A stretch of 64,000 nucleotides of DNA from contig NC_042998.1 in the NCBI RefSeq assembly GCF_006345805.1, forward strand, positions 204,414,001 to 204,478,000, in the 5' to 3' direction. This stretch comes from Octopus sinensis. Lineage: Eukaryota. Below, in pieces: positions 55,732 through 64,000 of the stretch. The position numbers were made by a program, and so were the translations under genes. Under the pieces are notes generated by a model. The model did no database searches. It had not been told where the DNA came from and saw nothing but the letters and a program-made list of their open reading frames with translations. The number at the start of each line of letters is the position of its first letter. Positions within the stretch are counted from its first letter, which is position 1.

Positions 55732-56219
55732 GCCCTGATGCAGTACCAGGCAGCGGTTCTCATGGCTCCTGATCTTAACTGATTGGAAGTGTTATCATGT
55801 ACATTGTTTTGTCTTAGTATAAAAGATGGGCTACAGTAAATATTCTGCTCAATACCACAGATTTGCTTGTCAGTTGTTTGACCTGAACCAGTTGAACATG
55901 TCCCTTAGTGGCTGATGACATATGCATCACTGATAACAAGCAGAAGTAGTGGAGGAACACCATAGCCATGTGCTGAGAGGAGTTCTTTGGGGTTTGAATA
56001 ATTCACCTCTGGAAACATGGGTGTTTCGTTCAACATCCTTAACCCCTTATTCAGGGACCTTTTGAATGAGATGGGCTACTCAACCTACAGAAAATTCTAC
56101 AAGGTCATGCGCTGTTAATCTTGATATGAGATCAGCATGTCGTGCACTTATGGCTGTGATGCATGAGCCTGGTGTACCCCAGCATCACTCTGATGGCACA
56201 AGCTGCTCTCTGTCATTCA
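55732..56219. mobile_element. Same 550-bp family, copy 2 (opposite orientation)
   Basis: Shared blocks, e.g. gatcttaactga.tggaagtgttatcatgtacattgttttgtc and ctctggaaacatgggtgtttcgttcaac. Confidence 0.8.
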
Positions 56220-58849
56220 GTAATAATAAGAATAATAATAAACAAAGGACCAAAGAAATAGTTGCAAGTATTTGATAAAAAATGTGTCATTTGGAGTAAG
56301 GGCCATCTTGTTCATCTAACAGTAATCTATAAAGTATTAAGAGATTATATATTAGCTTTTTAAATGCTGACACAAGGGAGAGAACTCGTGCTTCCCAACC
56401 TTTTCTATGCCCACCCCCTACAAAACTAATATAACAGCTCTAGTTTTTTGGGGTTTTTTTAGTGTATTTACTACGTAACATGGAATAATAACTAATAATA
56501 ATTCTGTCTACTATAGGTACAAGGTATAGAATTTTGGAGAAGGGGCCTGCCAATTATGTTGACCCCAGTGTTAGACTGGTACTTATTGACTTCAAAAGGA
56601 TAAAAGGGAAAAGTTGACCTCAACAGAATTTGAACTCAGAATGTGAAGATCCAGAAAAAATGCTGCCAAGCCTTTTGTGCCACATTGCTAACATTACTGC
56701 CAACTCACTACCTTTAATAATAATAATAATAATCCTTTCTAGGAAGGGTCTTGTTGATTACACCGACCCTAGTGCTCAGTCACTTACACGTTAATTTCAC
56801 GAGCAGGCTGTTCCATTGATCGGATCAACTGGAACCCTCGACGTTGTAACCGATGGAGTGCTTCCATAAGAAAGAAAGGCAAACTCAACTTCTACAGAAT
56901 TTGAACTCAGAATGTTAAGACAGACAAAATGCTTAACAACATTTTTCCAAGCAATGCTAACAACTCTGCCATCATCATAATCATCATCATCATCATTTAA
57001 TGTCCGCTTTCCATGCTAGCATGGGTTGGACGGTTCAACAGGGGTCTGGGAAGCCAGGAGGCCACCACACCAGGCTCCAGTCTGACCTGGCAGTGTTTAA
57101 TAATAATAATAATGATGATGATGGTGATGATAAAATTCTTTGTATGTTTTTATAGAACAGAGTTAATTTTAAGCATAAGTTAAATCATTTTATTCTGCAA
57201 AATGATTTTAATAAAGAATATCCTTTCCTTCTTGAAATACCATTTTGTATTCCACCTGGCATTGGACATCCCAGATTATAAAGGAACTCTTGCTCTCCAC
57301 ATGAAACAGAGGGGGGGGGTATTAAGGCCATAATTAAAGATATTCAACCCTAAACTGATCTTTTAATGACTCAAACAATTTAACATTAAAATAATCCACA
57401 AAAATTGTATGAAGAATCCAGCCTCAGATTTCCTGCTTCTGCTGGTCTCCAGGAACATTTCACCTGATGTGAACACTAGCTAAGTCTCTCTTAAATCTCA
57501 GATTTAAAACCGTAATCTTTAATTTAATTAATTAAATAGTGATGAAAGAAAGATTAATTAAATATTCTACATACATACATTTATCAACAAAGGAAATTAA
57601 AATTGGTTGAAATATTTATTTTGTAGCTCTACTTACCTCAGTATACCTGGCTGACAATAGGTTCCACCTATATCACATCTGAGAGATTAACAGTTGGAAG
57701 ATTATCCAATTATAATGATTCCCTCAGTGAGAGAATTATCAAATTAAAACAATTGAAAACCCCAAATGAAGAAAACTGATTGTGAATTCTGTAAAACTGT
57801 ATCACATATCTGCAATAATGGAGTTTGAGCAGAGAAGCAGAACTGTTTAATTTTGGAAAATAATGGAAAAAACAACTTTGAATGACAGAAGGTAGGAGTC
57901 TTGCCATCTGTCTTTGATGTAAGAAATCATTCTCTCATTAGTAAGAAATGGTAAACATTACATCACCGTGTGATTTGTTGACATCAATGTAACCAGCCGT
58001 GGTTGGGGAATTACATCAATGTCAATTCTGAAGGAACAGAAGCGAATTTAGGCTTCACATTGTTCTCTTTTTTTTCTTTTTTTTAATTTGAGGTTTTCAT
58101 GAAACAGTCTTTCATTTGGATTTTAATCAATCTCACCGTTTTCCTCAAAGATGAATCCTGCGGAAGCAAGTGGGAAATGAAATTTTCTTTCAATTTGTGC
58201 AAAGTAAAATCTAAAGAGGGGCTGTTTATTAAAACCGATTCCCTTATTTCCAAATTAACCATCATCTTAAGAGACAACAGCCAAGTTCTCCCTTAAGCTG
58301 ACGGCTAACATGGAAATAGGATTTCAAATGTTGTTTCTTTCTTTACTTTGTCCATGTTAAAACAGTTTGGTTTTTTTTTTTTGGAGATTCTATCAGTTTT
58401 GATTTTGTTTGGGTCATTTCTTGTAGCAGATTGGGCATGGCAGGGGGGGTATTTTGCCCAAGGAGGAGGAGGAACCATTGCTCTTCACCTTTTTTCTCAC
58501 CTTAAATCTTTTGTTAAAGACAGAACAGCTCTATTGGGGGGTTTGGGGGAGTCACTAATGCAGTCAATAATAGAGGTCAGTAAGGAAGTTGGTGGTGGTG
58601 GTCATTTGTCTAGTGATAACCATTGGCCAGGAGAGGTCCTGGGGAAATGAGTTTAAGAAAGATAATAGAGGATAAGACATATCTTAAGGACATTTCACTG
58701 GCAATTATGATCTTGAAGAAAGAATATATCTTTATGTTTCAATGTAAATTTGGGTTTGGTTCATGGAATTTAGTGGACAGACACAACAAAATAACCTTTC
58801 TGCTACACACACACATATTTGTGCGTGTGTGTATTTTATGATATATAAC

Positions 58850-58912
<63 letters not shown>

Positions 58913-59118
58913 GTATTTGAAAAATATCGTTATAGACATAAGTACACAATAAACAATTATAGAAAAATGTAGGAGAAAAAGATGTTGAATTAAAATTAGA
59001 TGTAATACGAAATAGGACTCAATACATACGCGCATTTCAGATGATGAATCTTTATAAGAAATCATTCTTTCTCTCTTTTTGGACCTCTCAAAAAGTTCGA
59101 ATTGTTCCCTTTTGAACT

Positions 59119-59168
<50 letters not shown>

Positions 59169-62100
59169 TCATCATCGTTTAACCCCTGTTCTATTCATGA
59201 TAAAGAGTAACACACACACATATATGTAGATATGTTTATGCTTATAGGAATGTTAGCACGCCGCGCAAAATGCTTAGCAGTATTTCGTCTGCCGCTACAT
59301 TCCGAGTTCAGATTCCGCTAAGGTCAACTTTGCCTTTCATCCTTTCGGAGTCGATAAATTAAGTACCAGTTACACACTGGGGTTGATGTAATCAACTTAA
59401 TCCGTTTGTCTGTCCTTGTTTGTCCTCCCTGTGTTTAGCTCCTTGTGGGTAGTAAAGAAATAGGTATTTCGTCCGTCTTTACATTCTGAGTTCAAATTTC
59501 TACCAAGGCTGACTTTGCCTTTCATCCTTTCGGAGTCGATAAATTAAGTACCAGTTGTGTACTGGGGTCGATCTAATTGACTGGCCACCCTCCCCACAAA
59601 TTTCGGCCCTTGTGCCTAAAGTAGAAAAGAATATTTATTGTGGCTTCTTATGTCCTGAGTTCTAATCCTGCTGACGTCAACTTTGCCTTTCATCCCCTCC
59701 AAGGTCATCATCAGGCCCCCTCCCCCTTGTGCCTATAGTGGGAAGGATTATTCCAACCCTTATCATTATCATTATGCAAGCATTGAGCTGGCAGAGTCAT
59801 TAATGCATCAGACAAAATGCTTCTGACTCTGTTCATTCTGAGTTCAAATCCTGCTGAAGTTCACTTTTTCCTTTTCATCTTTTCAGGGTCAGTAATATAC
59901 AGCAGCAGTCAAGTGCTGGGGGAGAGTTGATGTATATAACTTGCCCCCTACCCTCAAAATTGCTCGTCAAGTGCTAAACTTTGAAACCATTTTCGTTGCT
60001 GTTGTTCAGGCAGTGAGCTGGCAGAGTCACCATTGTGGTGGACAGAATGTTCAGTGGTATTTCTTTTGACTTTCCACATTCTGAGTTCAAATCCTACCAA
60101 GGTCACCGTTGCCTTTTGTTCCTCCAAAGTTAAAATAACTGCCAAGTCCTTGGGGTTAATTTGTATCAACAGAACATCCCCCCCCCTACTGCTAACCACA
60201 TAATTGCTGGACTTGTGCCTAAATTAGGCAATAATTCTATGATGTTCTCTCTGGGTCCATTCAGATGTCAGCCCCTAAATCCCTCTTTGGGGGGGGGGGC
60301 ACCTTTAGGTACCAGTTATATCCGTAGTTTTTGTGTAGATCTGACACAAAATACAATTGCAGGATTTCTGAGGATCAGAAAAGCAAAATTAAGAATTGTA
60401 CCTTGTGAAAGTTGACGTTGCTCTTCCTCAGATAACCCCAAGGTGGCACTTGTGAAATTCCAACTCACACTGGTAACTTGAACCCCTATATCTTTGGTTA
60501 ATTAAACTTTTTTTTCTTGTTTCTAAAAAGATCCTGGAATAATTCTGCATACATTGGTATGTGTAGTGTAGTTGTAGAATGTGATGAAGGCCACAACACA
60601 GTCAATGGTAAATTTTGACAAGAATGTACTGATGGCAGAGGTTGAATGAAAATCTTCAACAAGTAAAATGTGTGTACATACACACACAGGAACTGCTATG
60701 TATGTGTGCAGTATATCATCATCATCATCGTTTAACGTCTGTTTTCCATGCTAGCATGGGTTGGACGGTTCGACCGGGGTCTGGGAAGCCAGGAGGTTGT
60801 GCCAGGCTCCAGTCTGATCTAGCAGTGTTTCTACAGCTGGATGCCCTTCCTTATGCCAACCACTCCGTGAGTGTAGTGGGTGCTTTTTACGTGCCACTGG
60901 CACAGGGACCAGAGGAGGCTGGCAAACGGCCACAATCTGTTGGTGCTTTTACATGTCACCGACATGGACACCAGTCATGCGGCGCTGGCATCTGCCACGT
61001 TCGGACGGTGCTTTTTACGTGTCACCGGCACGGGTATCTTAACTACAATTTCCATTTGATTTTTATTTTGATGTTGGTGTTGACATACTTGACTCAATAG
61101 GGTTCCTCAAGAACAAAGGGTCACTCTACGATCCAAGGTTAGCACAGCAGGCCGTCCTGCGATCCATGGACTCACTTCATTTGTCGGGTCTTCACAGTCA
61201 CAGCATATTTCCAGAGGTCTCGGTCTTCGTCATTTCCTGTGGATACGTAATGTGTGAATGCATGTATGTACCTATTCATCTAAGTACGTATGGAAGTTAT
61301 CATCATCATCATCATCATCTAACGTCTGTCTTCCCTTCTGGCATTGGTTGGATGGTTTGACAGGATCTCACAAGGGCAAACGGCTTTGTTGGTCTCCAAT
61401 GCCTGATTTGGTGTGGTTTCTACAGTTGGGTGCCCTTCCTAACATCAGCCTCTTTACAGAGAGTAGCTGGATGCTTTTTATGTAGCACCAGCACTAGTGG
61501 GGTCACCAAGTGCCTCGCAAGGCCCCCTCAAGTGATTGGGGGTGTTGTGGTAGGTGACTTTGTGCCAGGTGTAGAGAGAACTAAATTAGGAAAAAGGGAC
61601 AGGAACAGGTGTCTTGCTCTGGAGGAGATTCTGAAGATTTGGATTTAAGGATATAGGTTACATGTGATATACATATTTGTGATATCTAAAACATGTTGAT
61701 TTCTCCAATGTGAACCCCCCCCCCAGTCACTATCTTCCTCTAATCACTATAACATTCTCCAAATAAGTATTTATGTTCGTATGTACGTGTACAAATGTGT
61801 GTGTGTAAAAACAAAGTCCAGTTCCCCTTTCAATTTTCTATCCCTCCACCACACCCTGACCTTAACCACTCCCAGACTTCTTGAAATTTTTGTTTATTTT
61901 ATTATTTATTTTTGTTTTTTTTTAATATGATTTTTCAGTGTCAACTCATCTCTCCCCCTACACACACACACTTTTGTGTAACCCTCTTCCTCATTCTCCC
62001 AGATAAATACCAGATCTTATTATTAAAAGAAACTCTGATATGAGAACAGACCAGTCTGAAGAGTGCTTTAAGCAGGAAACTCTCCATCTTTGATCAGTGT

Positions 62101-62225
62101 TTTGAAAAAAAAAATTGGTCACTTAAAAAATAGAGTTACAATTTGTAAAGATTTGTTCATTAAAAGGAAAATAATAACAATCAGATAAGTCATTCTTATT
62201 ATTTTACAAACATGTCTGTGTGTGC

Positions 62226-62260
<35 letters not shown>

Positions 62261-62266
<6 letters not shown>

Positions 62267-63414
62267 GCATCCTTTTTGTCTCGGGAGACAATGGAGTTGC
62301 GCATAAAATAATCTAGTCCAGCTTTTACATTTCATGTCCTGATACATTTCCTGCTGTGGCTGTGTAGTCCTATCCTGGACAAACACTCCCTCTGGCAGGT
62401 GCCGCAAATGTAGCAAAGACTGTTCCTGGCTGGTTGTAATGCCATACTTTCTTGTTGACATCTTGTCTTTCCATTTCTCCTCTCTCTCTCTCTGTCACTC
62501 CTTTGTATTCCCTCTTTTACGGTACATCGCCAATCTCCACGGTTGCTGGCAACTGCTTCCCAACTGCTAATATTGATGTTGCAGGCCTTCATGTCCCTTT
62601 TGCAAACATCCTTGTATCGTAAGAACGGTCTTCCCACAGACCTAGTGCCCCTAGCAAGATCTCCGTAGAGTATGTCCTTGGGGATTCTGTCATCTTCCAT
62701 ACGGCTAACATGTCCAAGCCATCTCATACGTCTTTGTGTGAGGAGTGTAAACATGCTTGGTATTCCTGCTTGCTTGAGGACATCTTTGTTGAGGACATGA
62801 TTCTGCCATTTGATGCCAAGAATTTTCCAGAGGCAGCGCAGGTGAAAGATATTTAGGTGACGCTCTTGGCATGTGTATGGCGTCCAAGTCTCACTGCCAT
62901 ACAGTAGAGTGCTAAGTACACATGCCTGGTAAATCTTAATTTTTGTGGTCTTGGTCAGCTTATTGTTGTCCCAAGCCCGTTTGGAGAGTTGGGCCATCGC
63001 AGCAGCTGCCTTGCCAATGCGTATATTGAGCTCAGCATTAAGGGATAGGTTGTAGGTGACGGTAGAGCCAAGATAGGTAAACTTCTCCACCTCATGTAGT
63101 CTGTGGTCTCCAATATGTATGTTTGGGATGTCCGGTGTAGCTTGACCCATGATGTTGGTCTTCTTGAGGCTGATAACTAAGCCAAAGTCATTACATGCTT
63201 GCTCAAAACTGTTGATGAGCCTTTGTAGAGCTTCTTCTGTGTGTGATACCAGAGCGGCATCATCAGCAAATAGCATCTCCTTGATCAGGACGCTTCTGAT
63301 TTTGTCTTGGCATGCAGGCGCGAGAGATTGAACAGTTTCCCGTCACTTCTACTGTGCAGAAACATTCCATCATCTGATGTCTGAAAGGCATGTGAGAGCA
63401 GCAGCGAGAAGATG
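62261..63414 (-). mobile_element. RTE-clade (BovB-like) LINE, 5'-truncated; RT C-terminal ORF 62332..63276
   Basis: LFADD RT motif, FGLVISLKKT, FTYLGS, LLYGSETW, RWLGHV.RM..RIPK, GRP..RYKD and a C-terminal CxxC..GL.SH. Embedded in (TA)n at both ends. Confidence 0.92.
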
Positions 63415-63582
63415 ATATATATATATATATACACACACGTACACACACACCGTATATTATTCTTTTGTTATTATCCAGCAAGAGATAAACGCTATTTAAT
63501 GAAGAAACATAAAATATCACTTTAGAGCATGTTATTTATGATACAAACCTAATTGCAGAGTCGTTAAGTAATGCATAAAGTC

Positions 63583-63674
63583 TCTTTACAGCTGTTTCAG
63601 GAATAGCTGTGCAGATGGTGTATAGGTCATTGAGCAAACATTTCCATATAAGCCAACTATTCCATCTTCAAAGA
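63583..63674 (-). ncRNA. Degenerate long-stem-II hammerhead relic
   Basis: Minus strand: tctt TGAAGA t ggaatag...ctattcc t GAAA cagctg TA aaga. The first core C is lost. Confidence 0.5.
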
Positions 63675-64000
63675 ATCAAGGAATTTTTCTTAATAAAGGA
63701 TATTACAAGAAAATTTAAATGTGAGCAGCTTCAGTACAGTTTCCTGCTCCGAAAGTTCAAGGTTGGACATGTTATACAAGTTCAACTGATTACTGTTCCA
63801 CTGGAACATGAAACTTGTAATTGCTTAATTGCTTACACTGAACTCCTGTGTTCATCGAATGAAATTAATATATAAACTGAAAGTGGTTGTTTGTCATGCT
63901 AGAAATAGCAGAAAAATCTCCCCTTTGCCCTCTCCACCACCACATTTCTGTATGTAACAGACAATGATGAAAATATGTTAATCCTGTTACTGCAGAAATC

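Noticed and set aside
55732-55760. U2 snRNA-like tgcagtacc..agg at the end of the 550-bp element
   Set aside because: The match is too short and no other U2 features are present.

Overview
Eukaryotic, AT-rich, microsatellite- and SINE-dense genomic DNA. The repeat content looks like an octopod cephalopod (inference from repeat families, not verified). The window is dominated by one + strand multi-exon gene, a cGMP-inhibited cyclic-nucleotide phosphodiesterase (PDE3 family). I can phase 12 coding exons from 7803 to the stop at 51693 (2697 nt, 898 aa), all with GT-AG boundaries and an intact catalytic domain. The transmembrane N-terminal exon is not in the window, but a candidate short alternative first exon (ATG at 4322, MGSCIQ, strong donor) splices in frame. 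The introns carry many minimal type I hammerhead ribozyme motifs of the Penelope/retrozyme kind, several as sense/antisense inverted pairs. They also hold R4/Dong-like, CR1, RTE and Tx1-like LINE fragments, several SINE families, piggyBac/hAT/mariner MITEs, a Helentron-like element, a fold-back 18S rRNA fragment and several long inverted duplications. There is one 100-N assembly gap. Most six-frame ORFs are microsatellite or SINE artefacts.
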